From assembly GCA_965200315.1 (NCBI GenBank), contig OZ241362.1:1024001-1088000 (forward strand): a stretch of DNA of 64,000 bases, in the 5' to 3' direction. Positions within the stretch are counted from its first letter, which is position 1; each line of letters starts with the position of its first letter. Below, piece by piece: positions 30,452 through 40,044 of this stretch. Both the position numbers and the translations under genes were made by a program. The DNA is from Candidatus Latescibacterota bacterium. Lineage in GTDB: Bacteria > Latescibacterota > UBA2968 > UBA8231. Below the pieces are notes generated by a model. The model was given only the letters and a program-made list of their open reading frames with translations, did not search any database and was not told where the DNA came from.

Positions 30452-33245
30452 TCACACCCGAAACACCTTCATCACCTCGTCCCCGAGGTGATTGATCACC
30501 TTCACGGCAATGCGGCCGGATGTCGGCTTGGCGAAAGGCCGCGAGGTGTCGCTGTGCAGGGTTTCCCAAGCTTCTTGGTTGATCTCGGCTTTGAGCGTCG
30601 TCCGCAGCGATTTGTACGGGTCGCTGGCACCGAGGAAGTAGGCGTGGCGGACGAAGAAGCTCTCCTCGTTGTAGTCGGTATCGACGAACCAGCAGGCGAT
30701 GCCGTCGGCGCTGTCGCTGCGGATTTCGCCGGTATTCGGGTGGAATACGTCCACGCCGTGGACCTTGACTTGGATGTGACTGTCCTCCGCGTCGAGGATG
30801 TCGATGTCCGGCTCGCCGAAGATGACGAAGAGGTTGCCTTTGCCGGTGTTTTTGAGGTCGGCGGCCATGTGGAGGTCGGCGTTCATGCGGGCTTTGAGGA
30901 CGGGGACGCGGCCGAGTTTTTTGAACTCCGAGGCGTGGGCGTCAAAGTTGAAGGCGCAGGCGATCAGCACGTCGAAAGCGGCGTCGGCGGCCTCGCGCAC
31001 CGCTGATACGAGATCGGGGCGGGAGACCGTGCCGAATTCCGGGCCGATGAAGATGCCGGCGCGTTTCTCAGCACCTGAGTCGGCGTTGTCTTCGACGTAG
31101 GTTCCTTCGGCGCAGACGAGGTCGCCGGGCCAAGGTTTGATCCCGGAAAACGAGATGTGGTCCTCTTTGTGCGCCTGTTGGACGCCGGAGGTTTTGAGGT
31201 TGTCCAAGATCATCGCGGCGAAGTCCTGCTTTTCGCCGTACTCTGACTTGGCTTCGGCGATGTTGTCGATGAGTTCGTCGTTTTCATCAACGCCTAACAG
31301 GCGGTGCGGCGACAGGCTTTCGACCGTGAACGGGCCGGCGACGCGGACTTTTTTGTTGTCTTCGTAGGGCTTGTCGTAGAGGTATTCGTAGGCGGCTTTG
31401 GCGGCGATGGAAGCGTCGATTTCGCGCTGCCGGGCGATGCGCTGTTCCCACCAATCCGTGTGCATTTTTTTGACCTCCTCGGGCCAAGCGTCGTCGGCAT
31501 CGCGGGGGATTTCCCATTCTTCGTAGGAGGTGCCGAGCGCGGCGTTCAACTCCTGACGCAACGGCTCCAGCGTTTCTTGGAACTTTTCCCAGATTACGTC
31601 GATCTCGGCGTTGTTGGCGATGGACTTCAGGGTGATGTGGGGGACGCGCTCGTACACAAAGCCTTGGCGAATTCTCCCCCCCCCCCCCCTGCAAATTTTG
31701 CACTTCAGGAAGAGCAATTCGTGCAATTTTTGCTTCTTTTAGTTTTCCTTCGCGGCTGTCGGCGAGCAAATAGTAGGGATAGCGAGCGCCCATGATGCGC
31801 GAGCGAGCGAGTGCTAAGGCCACGCGAGACGTGTCGATGGTGATCCAGCGGCGGCCCCACTGCTCGGCGACGTACGCGGTGGTGCCGGAGCCGCAGGTGG
31901 GGTCGAGGACGAGGTCGCCCGGGTCGGTGGTCATTAGGACGCAGCGTTGAATTACCTTTGTGTAAGTCTGGACCACGTAAATGTTTTGGGCTGCAAAGGT
32001 CGATTGGATTGTATCGTCCCACCAAGCTGTGAGAGCACGAACTGGGAAATCCCTTTGGTATCGTGTGTAGGTGAGAGTATTGCCAACGATCCGAAGCCGT
32101 CCTGCTTTGGCTAGTACATCCATACCTGTCTGGTTGGTCTTCCAGAAAGCACCCCGTGACGGGCTAAGCTTTCTTCCTTCCAAGAAGACTGGGAAATTTG
32201 TTTTCTCACCACCGCTTTGGGAAGTAATGTTACTGGCTCGGAAAAGGGAACCAGAGCCTGGAACATAATTTCTCTTTTCACTGGTACTAAGCCGGTGCCA
32301 AATACCTGGACTGTCTTCAATGTTAGGAAAAGCATAGGTATCATCACCTGTTTCAATCCATAGCTGGCGGTACTTCATTTTCTCCTTGAACTTAGCGTAT
32401 AGAAGTAGCGTATCGTTTACCACGTCCAAATATTGTCCGCCAAGAGCAGAAGTTTTCCTGAATGGGATTGTTGCAACAAAATTCTCCGCCCCAAACACCT
32501 CGTCCATCACCGCCCTAACCCGATGCACATTCTCGTCGCCAATCTGCACGAAGATGCTGCCGCTCTCGGTCAACAAATCCCGCGCCACCGTCAGCCTGTC
32601 TCGCAAATACGTCAAATACGAATGAATCCCATCGCGCCACGTATCCCGAAACGCCTTCACCTGTTCCGGCTCCCGCGTAATGTGCTCGGCCTTGCCGTCT
32701 TTGACGTCGCGGCTAGTCGTTGACCACTGAAAGTTGGAGTTGAACTTGATGCCATACGGTGGGTCGATATAAATGCACTGCACCTTGCCGCGCAGGCCCT
32801 CGCGCTCGGCCAGCGACGCCATCACCTGCAAGCTATCGCCCAAAATCATCCGGTTCGACCAATTGGCGTCGTGCTGATAAAATTCGGTCTGCGCGTCCGC
32901 GCTCGGCAGCCCGTTAAAATCCGCGAACAAATCGGCCTGCACCTCCGCTTCCTCCGCCTCCTTGCTCCGCTGCCGCAAATCGTCAATCAGCACCTTCGGA
33001 TGCACCTTCTCCTGAATGAACAGCGGCGGCGCTTGCACCACCAAATCCGACCAATTCTGCTCATCCTTCCCGCGCCAAACAAGCTGCGGATCGAGGTCCT
33101 GATTGCGCCGCTCATAAGCGACCTCAATCGGATTCCGGTCGTCGTCGGCCATCACCGCCTGATACTCTGCCGTGGGGATATTCTTCCGCGATGCGTCTTG
33201 GTGCCGCAAAGTTTCGACACGCTTGGCCGATTTTCTTTTTGCCAT
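30452..33245 (-). pseudogene. mod: Type III R-M DNA methyltransferase (Mod), out of frame at a G14 tract (candidate phase-variable OFF allele)
   Basis: NRMILGDSLQVM, IYIDPPYG, VLDPTCGSGTT in the 5' frame; GFVYERVPHITLKSIANN..RVAGPFTVESLSP..IAVKVINHLGDE in the 3' frame; removing one G gives one 930-aa ORF. Confidence 0.88.
31676..31689 (-). repeat. Homopolymer G14 (C14 on plus strand) inside mod
   Basis: Minus strand TTGCA-G14-AGAATTCGC; lengths 3n+1 (10, 13, 16) restore the frame. Confidence 0.95.
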
Positions 33246-33266
33246 AATTGCAGTCTTTCTACCGTA

Positions 33267-33440
33267 TCACAAACTAGTTCGGTCACAAACCTCGACGGAC
33301 AGGCAACCTTCGACGGCCTCGTAGAGGTTGGTCAGCAATTCTTCAAAAGATTCCCCTTGGGTAGCACAGCCGGGAATAGAGGGTACTTCTGCCCAATATC
33401 CGCCTTCTTCCGCTTGATAGATCACAACTTTCAGTTTCAT
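33267..33440 (-). CDS. HicB-family antitoxin (short, orphan)
   Basis: MKLKVVIYQAEEGGYWAEVPSIPGCATQGESFEELLTNLYEAVEGCL; no hicA adjacent. Confidence 0.8.
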   Translation of the reverse strand: MKLKVVIYQAEEGGYWAEVPSIPGCATQGESFEELLTNLYEAVEGCLSVEVCDRTSL

Positions 33441-33448
33441 GGCTTCCT

Positions 33449-33560
33449 CATATCCTGAATGTAGAGCCGCCAACTACGCTCTTCTTGGTGGGTATCAGAC
33501 ATTGACCATCTCCTGTTCTATATATGGACGCATCTCCGTCTGTAGTGCTTTGTCAAGTAC
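33449..33560 (-). pseudogene. Junction remnant of an MntA-HepT (nucleotidyltransferase-DUF86) TA pair
   Basis: DKALQTEMRPYIEQEMVNV* (MntA-like C-terminus, stop 33495-33497) overlaps MSDTHQEERSWRLYIQDM (HepT-like N-terminus, ATG 33502). Confidence 0.6.
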
Positions 33561-33579
33561 GCTCTCGCTCAGGCCAGAA

Positions 33580-33870
33580 TCAGGAAGGCTGCATCACATC
33601 GGCCATGGCTTGCTCGATAGTTTTCGTATCTACGCCATGGTTTTGCAGACTTTCTACGAATAGTTCAAGTCCAAGGTTGTTTTCCAGTCGCATGAGATCA
33701 TGACGGAGACCTTGGCCTATGTAGGCTCGAATGAGCGGTTGGTAGCCGGAGAATCCCAACTGAGGGGCGATTCGTTTAAGATCTTCAATTACATCCTCCG
33801 GCATGCGAATGCTCACTGGGACCATCTTCCGATTCTTATCCAATCGTCTCCGTAACTCATCGCTCTTCAT
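33580..33870 (-). CDS. BrnA/CopG-like antitoxin
   Basis: VSIRMPEDVIEDLKRIA..GYQPLIRAYI ribbon-helix-helix; overlaps the brnT end. Confidence 0.8.
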   Translation of the reverse strand: MKSDELRRRLDKNRKMVPVSIRMPEDVIEDLKRIAPQLGFSGYQPLIRAYIGQGLRHDLMRLENNLGLELFVESLQNHGVDTKTIEQAMADVMQPS

Positions 33871-34156
33871 AGCTCTTCCTCTCAGTTGGCGTTGCCGGCC
33901 GCACGGAGATGAGGCGAAATCTGTCGCCATGTCGTTCGGCATAAACAACGCACAGGAGCTTCCATTGGAGGGTCATTCCGATTAGCGTATCTCTGACTTC
34001 ATGCCCGTGATGTTCACTTTCCAATACCAGGACGAATGGGTCGAAGAAGATCTCACAGGCTGCTTCAAAATCAACTCCGTGCTTTTCGATGTTGGCTTCT
34101 GCCTTGTCGCTGTCCCACTCGAATTCAATACCATGAAGCCGAATCGTTACGTCCAT
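33857..34156 (-). CDS. brnT: BrnT-family toxin
   Basis: FEWDSDKAEANIEKHGVDFEAACEIFFDP..R..LIG..LLCVVYAER..RLISVRPATPTERKSY. Confidence 0.9.
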   Translation of the reverse strand: MDVTIRLHGIEFEWDSDKAEANIEKHGVDFEAACEIFFDPFVLVLESEHHGHEVRDTLIGMTLQWKLLCVVYAERHGDRFRLISVRPATPTERKSYEER

Positions 34157-34280
34157 ATCCAGACTCAAATTTACGATTATGTATATACATAATACAATGT
34201 CGATCCCTGCCGTTGATATACACGACAAGGGCGAGCGTTCTGTTTACTGGTCATGCCGGGCGCAGCGAAGCCTCTCAGAC

Positions 34281-36026
34281 CTAAAGGATCGGAGGTTCGT
34301 ATTCCAACAGGGCCGACTTCCCGATCATCTCAATAAACCGCACGATCCATTCAAACCCGTTGACATCCGTAAGTCGCAAAGGCTGGTTCAACTTGAAGTA
34401 AACGGGTTGCTGCTTGCCCTCCTCAATGGCGACATTCGTCGCGTACAGGTACATGCGGTCGAGATCGTCGAGGATCGGGTTTAGCCGCCCGGTCAAGTTG
34501 GGCAAATGACCTGTTCCCTCTGTGAACACTGTCGAGCCACCTATCGACAGCGGTTTAAGCGGCACGTGCAGCGGTTCCGGCGGATGCCAATCCCGCTTCA
34601 CGTGGGCGGCCCATCCCGGTGCCGCGCAGAAAACGGTGATGGGCAGTTCCGAATGAAATCCAAAACTGACCCGCCCAAACGTATCGGTTTCCTCCTCCAG
34701 CCAAGTCTTGTTGGGATACAGCGCAACCACCTTTGCGCCCGCGAGCGGCCGACCATCGGCGGATACCAACACGTCCCCTTCAATGCCAGACACCGGTGGG
34801 GGAGTAGAAGGTATGGTCAGCCGTAGTTCCGCGCCGCCGAGCAGTTCGTATTCCGGGTCGCGTCCGGTTAGCTCCCTAGTCTGTTCGTAGATAATCGGCA
34901 CCCCTTCGCCGCGTTGCTCCAAGAAGTACTGCCGGTCGCCAGCACCGGCAATATCCCCTACCGCGAGCATGCGGAGGAGGGACGCGAGCGTTTCGTTGCG
35001 GGTGGCTTGTCGATTGCGCATGGCCTCAATGGACAAGGTGTTGGGCAGGGCACCCGGCGAGTACAACTCAAGGCGATCGTCAAAAACGAAGAGCCGTGTC
35101 TTCTCGTTTTCCATGGAGTAGTCGCGGTGAACCACCGCGTTGACGATGGCCTCAAATACCGCCCGCGGGCTAAATTGCGGGGTCTCTACCCGCCCAGGGG
35201 CCTTGCGTGCCGCCACCCGAGTGTTGAGCCTGACGAAGTTGACCGTATCGCGGATCTGCTGGTCCAACGGGCCGGTGATAGACGCCGCATCGTGCTGACT
35301 CGCGCTGCCGAGCGTCGTGCCGCGATAGCGCACCGCTTCGATCACAGCACCGCGTAGGTACTCGTCCGGGCGTGTAGTGCAAAGCAGCACCCCGGCGACC
35401 GTTGCGCGGAGAACGCCGCTGTCGTCTTCCCGCAACAAACCGAGCTTTGTAAGTTGGACCGTTGTAGGCTCGGTGGCGCGCGAACTCAGGAAACGGTCCG
35501 CCAAGGTCGCGTCGAGCGTGTTGGCGCCGGTTTGGGCAACAATCACTTCGTCCAGGCCGAGCCGGCCAGAACGCCCTCGTTGCTGAAACAGACGATTCAA
35601 TGCCTCTGGCGACAGTTCGCGCTTAGTGCTGCCTTGTCGAGAAAGATATCCCCCGGGACTCTTGTGGACCAGCGCACTCTGTTCGACTTCGACGACCAAG
35701 ACAAACGAACCGTCTGGCAGGGCCAACCGTTGGGTGACAAACGCCAGCGGGGGACGGATGCTGTCCGAACAGATCTCGCTGACAAAGGCTTCCAGCGCAT
35801 CCATCTCTCGACGGTTCATCGACCGCACCTCGCCGGCGTCGGACACGCTGAAGATCAAAGTGCCGCCGATGGTGTTGCCAAAAGCGGCCAACTCGTCGGC
35901 GACCGTCTCGCGACGCGGCCCGCGGACGCGGTCGCCAGCGAACACAGCTTCCTTGAACTCGACGCGGCTGTCCTCCCCGAGTTTGAGTTGCTGCAATAAG
36001 CTATCGCTATCCCAGAGCATTATCAC
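34281..36026 (-). CDS. Schlafen/AlbA_2 domain + HATPase_c_4 protein with an extra beta-rich C-terminal domain
   Basis: GEDSRVEFKE, AAFGNTIGGTLIFSVSD; EAIVNAVVHRDYS, FDDRLELYSPG, RN..LA, EQRGEGV; start overlaps the res stop (GTGA). Confidence 0.85.
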   Translation of the reverse strand: MIMLWDSDSLLQQLKLGEDSRVEFKEAVFAGDRVRGPRRETVADELAAFGNTIGGTLIFSVSDAGEVRSMNRREMDALEAFVSEICSDSIRPPLAFVTQRLALPDGSFVLVVEVEQSALVHKSPGGYLSRQGSTKRELSPEALNRLFQQRGRSGRLGLDEVIVAQTGANTLDATLADRFLSSRATEPTTVQLTKLGLLREDDSGVLRATVAGVLLCTTRPDEYLRGAVIEAVRYRGTTLGSASQHDAASITGPLDQQIRDTVNFVRLNTRVAARKAPGRVETPQFSPRAVFEAIVNAVVHRDYSMENEKTRLFVFDDRLELYSPGALPNTLSIEAMRNRQATRNETLASLLRMLAVGDIAGAGDRQYFLEQRGEGVPIIYEQTRELTGRDPEYELLGGAELRLTIPSTPPPVSGIEGDVLVSADGRPLAGAKVVALYPNKTWLEEETDTFGRVSFGFHSELPITVFCAAPGWAAHVKRDWHPPEPLHVPLKPLSIGGSTVFTEGTGHLPNLTGRLNPILDDLDRMYLYATNVAIEEGKQQPVYFKLNQPLRLTDVNGFEWIVRFIEMIGKSALLEYEPPIL

Positions 36027-39000
36027 TCCCCTATTGTAATCTTCGGCGAGGCTACCAACCGATTGAACTCAGCTTCCATCCCGTACACATCGGTAAACTC
36101 GGCAAAAGCCCAGCGGCCATAATTCCCGTGATTATTCACACCAGGCACCCAATACGCCTCCATGGTCGCCTTCTTGTCCTTGGCGTCTTCCCCCCGATAG
36201 CCCTTGATCTCGACGATCAGATTCAGCAGATCGTCATCGCCACGGCCATCATCAACGCGGACGATAAAATCTGGAATGTACGTCCGCGTTTCCGACCCAC
36301 GCCGATAGGGCACCTCCAAACCGAGATTGTGATTTTTGACGTAGGCTTTGACGTGCGGATGGGATTCTGCGACGCGGCAAAACTCCCCTTCCCAGTCGCT
36401 GTCGAGGACGAGATAGTTGAGGTGACAACGGCGGGAATCGGCCTGCCAGCGGCTGGTCTTGGTCGCGTTGAAATTCACGTGGGCTGTTGAACCAACGGGA
36501 TTGTACGGATCGAGCACCGCTTTGACCGGGCGCCTGTCGATTCCCTCTCGCGTGATAGCCGCCGCGATGCGCTCGCAGGCCGTGTCGGCCAGTTCTTGAT
36601 ACATAAGTTGGGCGGGAAAGGTGTCGCCCTTGCAGTCGAGATAGCCATCGAGCCATTGTTTGGCGATGCGCTTGAGCTGGCCAAAGAGATAGAGCTTAGG
36701 CTCTTCGTCCGGATCGCGGAATTTGGTGTAGAGCAGCCGCTGGGTCAGATGAAACAGGAGGGTCAAGCGCCGCAGGTCGTTGGTGTGCACCAGATTGAGA
36801 TCGACGCCCTCGCCGATAATGCCTTGATTCCTTGTCCTCGACGGACCAACCAAATCGGGCGTCAGTTCCAGTACCGAGTCCTCGTTGAACTCGGCCTTGA
36901 GCCGCTCTTCCGGCAATTCCACCCGATACCCAGCCACCCGAGGAAAGCGAATCTCCAACGCATCTTGTTCGGGCCGCACAGCCTTCACCTGCACGGTCTC
37001 TCGCGGCTGCTTCGGCGAAGCCACGACGGGCTTGGCCGTAAAGTCGAACGGGATGCCCAAGACATCCGCGTACTCCACGTCAAATAGGCCCGCTTCGTTG
37101 AGATCGTAGGACTGCCGCCGCAGCGCCCGGCCAATGACCTGCTCGCAGAGTAGCTGCGTCCCAAAAGCGCGGACGCCCAGTACGTGGCTAACCGTGTTCG
37201 CGTCCCACCCTTCCGTAAGCATCGACACCGACACCACGCAGCGAATCGAATCCCCTAGCCGACCCGGCTTGCCGACGGTATTCATAACCTCGCGGAGCAG
37301 CTCTTGGTCGCTGATGTTCTCGGCCTGACGCCGGTCGCCGGTGCGCTCGATCTTATCCCGCCGAAAGCGGTCGATCTCATCGGCGGCCATATTGCGAAAA
37401 TTGCGGTCGAGCGCGTCGCCGGACTCCAATTGTTCGCTGTCGATGAGCAGGGTGCGGGGCCGGGGGTATTGGTCGCCCTGTTCGTCAAAGTTGCGGAACA
37501 ATTCTAGGCGACCGTTTACCAACGTCGTGCCATCCTCGTTCTCGCGGTGAAAGCCGGAGATATAGTCGTACACCAGCTTGGAGGTCGCAGTGTTGTTGCA
37601 GACCACGATGAAGCACGGCGGCACCCTCATGCCCGCTTCCTCCATCAACTTGAAGGTCTTCTGGTAATGCCCGTAAAGGGCATCTAGGGCGGTCTGCAAC
37701 GGCACGGGTAGGTTGAGAGGATCGAGGGCCTCGGCCTTGCCCCGCCCCTTCTTGGGCATGTCGGTGCGAATGTGTTCCCAGAGGTTGCGGAACTTGGGCA
37801 TTTCGCCGCCGGGGATGTTGTCGGCCACCGGTACGCGGGGTAGTTTGACGATGCCGCATTCAATGGCGTCCATGAGCGAAAAGTCGCACATCGTCCACGG
37901 GAACAACGTGCCTTCGGCGTACCCCGACCCGCGCAAAAAGAAGGGCGTCGCCGAGAGGTCCAGCACCCGGTTGATGCCCAATTTTCGGCCGACGGTTTCC
38001 AGCCCGGAAATCCACAGCCGCGCCGCCGCCCTGTTCTTTTCGGCTTCCTTTCTGTCATCTCCCTTAAGCGTGCCTTCCTCTCCCTCGTCCGGTTTCTCTC
38101 GGTAGCAGTGGTGCGCTTCGTCGTTGAGGACGAGGATGTTCTTTAGGCCCATGAGTTCGGGCGCGACCCGTTGCAGCATCTGCCCCTCGCTCTCCAAGGT
38201 CTCGAGCGCGTCGCCGCGTCCCTGCAGCAAGGAACGGCCGCCGGTGGACAGCTCCAAGCGTTCGCGCCGCTTGAAGGCGTGGTAGTTGGTGATGACGATC
38301 TTGGCCTTTTCCAAGTCGGGCAACATGTCGGGCGGAACCAACTCGCGGCTTTGGTAGTAGCTATCCGGGTCGTTGGGCTGCAGTACGCGCAGGCGATCTT
38401 TGATGGTGATGCCGGGCGTGACCACCAAGAAGCCGCGTGTGAAGCGGCGTCTTTGGGGCCGACGCACCGCGTTGATGGTCTGCCAAGCGATCAACATCGC
38501 CATGACCGTGGTCTTGCCGGTACCGGTCGCCAACTTGAGCGCCAACCTCGGCAGAGGCACATCTGGATTGGCGTCGTTGTTGGCGGCCTTCAGATGTTTG
38601 ATGAAGGCACTACCAGATCGCGTCTTATGCGCAACCTCGGCAAGCCATATAGCGGTCTCTACCGCTTCGATTTGGCAGAAGAAGGGCCGAATGCCGCTAA
38701 AGCGGTGGTGCCGCCAGTGCTGGAGCAGGCGAGCGGTCTCCGGGGTCACTTGCCATTGGCTCGGCTCCGGTAGGCCGCGCCAGCGGTCGACCTGCTGACG
38801 AACTCCGTTGATGATGGCCGTCAGGTCGTATTGCTGGCCGGCGGTTTCGAGCTGCTGCGCCTCCGGGGCGAACACCAACGCAGCTTGTTGCGCGGCTCCC
38901 TTGCGCTTTTTCGGCTGCGGAATTGGCGTAATGAACTCGGCCGGGCGGCGGCTGTCGACGATCTGTTGGGTCGGCTGCCCGGTCTCGTCGAGTTCCCAAT

Positions 39001-39070
39001 GCCGGTTCGGGCGCTCGTATGGCGAGTTGAGGACCGGCTGTTCAAAGAATGGATTTGTCATAGCGATCAA
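36023..39070 (-). CDS. res: Type III restriction enzyme Res subunit (BPTD_3080-like)
   Basis: PVLNSPYERP, FFCQIEAVET, KLATGTGKT, NDEAHHCY, LSATP, SMLTEGWD, EQVIGRALR, YIPDF..VEIKG. Confidence 0.92.
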   Translation of the reverse strand: MIAMTNPFFEQPVLNSPYERPNRHWELDETGQPTQQIVDSRRPAEFITPIPQPKKRKGAAQQAALVFAPEAQQLETAGQQYDLTAIINGVRQQVDRWRGLPEPSQWQVTPETARLLQHWRHHRFSGIRPFFCQIEAVETAIWLAEVAHKTRSGSAFIKHLKAANNDANPDVPLPRLALKLATGTGKTTVMAMLIAWQTINAVRRPQRRRFTRGFLVVTPGITIKDRLRVLQPNDPDSYYQSRELVPPDMLPDLEKAKIVITNYHAFKRRERLELSTGGRSLLQGRGDALETLESEGQMLQRVAPELMGLKNILVLNDEAHHCYREKPDEGEEGTLKGDDRKEAEKNRAAARLWISGLETVGRKLGINRVLDLSATPFFLRGSGYAEGTLFPWTMCDFSLMDAIECGIVKLPRVPVADNIPGGEMPKFRNLWEHIRTDMPKKGRGKAEALDPLNLPVPLQTALDALYGHYQKTFKLMEEAGMRVPPCFIVVCNNTATSKLVYDYISGFHRENEDGTTLVNGRLELFRNFDEQGDQYPRPRTLLIDSEQLESGDALDRNFRNMAADEIDRFRRDKIERTGDRRQAENISDQELLREVMNTVGKPGRLGDSIRCVVSVSMLTEGWDANTVSHVLGVRAFGTQLLCEQVIGRALRRQSYDLNEAGLFDVEYADVLGIPFDFTAKPVVASPKQPRETVQVKAVRPEQDALEIRFPRVAGYRVELPEERLKAEFNEDSVLELTPDLVGPSRTRNQGIIGEGVDLNLVHTNDLRRLTLLFHLTQRLLYTKFRDPDEEPKLYLFGQLKRIAKQWLDGYLDCKGDTFPAQLMYQELADTACERIAAAITREGIDRRPVKAVLDPYNPVGSTAHVNFNATKTSRWQADSRRCHLNYLVLDSDWEGEFCRVAESHPHVKAYVKNHNLGLEVPYRRGSETRTYIPDFIVRVDDGRGDDDLLNLIVEIKGYRGEDAKDKKATMEAYWVPGVNNHGNYGRWAFAEFTDVYGMEAEFNRLVASPKITIGE

Positions 39071-39188
39071 ATTGGTTGGCCGGGGCGTCCGGAGTCAAAA
39101 AAAGCCCCCAGAATTCTGCATCCGCTGCGCCTAGCGCAACAGGCGTACTCTTCAAGGGGCAAGCACTCTGACGCCGAATTGTCTTGGG

Positions 39189-39500
39189 TCAAACGCCGAG
39201 CTTAGGCTGGCCATCCCGCCGCTCGGCGGTGCGTTCCTTAGTCCACATCTCGATGGTGCTGTTCAATAGCTGCGAAAAGGCCATCGCATGCTGGGGGGAC
39301 ATCGCCACGCGGGCCTTCTTTTCGCGTATGATGTCGCCTTTTTCATCTTCCGTGATCTCGAAAAACAAAATCCTGAAATCCCACAGCGAGAATCCCATTT
39401 CAACGTGATTCGAGTACGTCGAAATATACTCTGCCGCTCGCTGCTGTGGCAGTTCATTGATGTTTACAGGCTCATCTTGTGGCCTGTGCTTCGCACTCAT
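39189..39500 (-). CDS. DUF3467-like small protein
   Basis: YSNHVEMGFSLWDFRILF..ARVAMSPQHAMAFSQLL; overlaps the upstream HTH gene by 29 nt. Confidence 0.7.
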   Translation of the reverse strand: MSAKHRPQDEPVNINELPQQRAAEYISTYSNHVEMGFSLWDFRILFFEITEDEKGDIIREKKARVAMSPQHAMAFSQLLNSTIEMWTKERTAERRDGQPKLGV

Positions 39501-40044
39501 ACGGTGTCCTTTCTGTGAAACAATGGGTACTGGGTTCCGTGCTAGCGAGAATCACGTTACGAGTCTGAGTTTCTGTCGACTGAAGGGATAGCACGCGCTC
39601 TGCGGGCAGGGCCTGCATCTTGAGCTCGAATTTGCGGTTGGTTGTGTAAGATGCTGTCGGCACCAACATATCGGTAACCTCCACAACCCTTTCTACGTGG
39701 TCTTCTGCAAAGCTAGGAACGCGAAACGTCTCGGGATCAAAGGCCGTTTCCCGCCGTACCAACTCGCTAAACGGGACAAATTGGACCAGCAAGCCCACGT
39801 CAAAGGCGGCTGCCAATCGGTACAGCGTCCTCAGTGATAGCGGATCCCGACCAGGCTGTTCAATATGGGATATCCGCGCTTGCGGAATGCCGCTCCGCTC
39901 CGCGAGTTGGGTTTGCGTCCAGCCGCGTGCTTTGCGGATTGCTCGGATCTGAAAAGGCACCTCAATGGAGTGCTGAGCTTCCGTATAGCCGTCTCGGTAC
40001 GCTTTGTCGCGCAGTTTGCGCCAGAGCTTAGTAATCGAACTCAT
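39472..40044 (-). CDS. XRE/HigA-type HTH antitoxin with a ~75-aa C-terminal extension
   Basis: QIRAIRKARGWTQTQLAERSGIPQARISHIE..LSLRTLYRLAAAFDVGLLVQFVP, then a T/S/E/V-rich tail. Confidence 0.85.
   Translation of the reverse strand: MSSITKLWRKLRDKAYRDGYTEAQHSIEVPFQIRAIRKARGWTQTQLAERSGIPQARISHIEQPGRDPLSLRTLYRLAAAFDVGLLVQFVPFSELVRRETAFDPETFRVPSFAEDHVERVVEVTDMLVPTASYTTNRKFELKMQALPAERVLSLQSTETQTRNVILASTEPSTHCFTERTPYECEAQATR

Noticed and set aside
30452-31726. 424-aa ORF as an independent gene
   Set aside because: No evident RBS and an implausible N-terminus; it is the 3' part of mod beyond the G tract.
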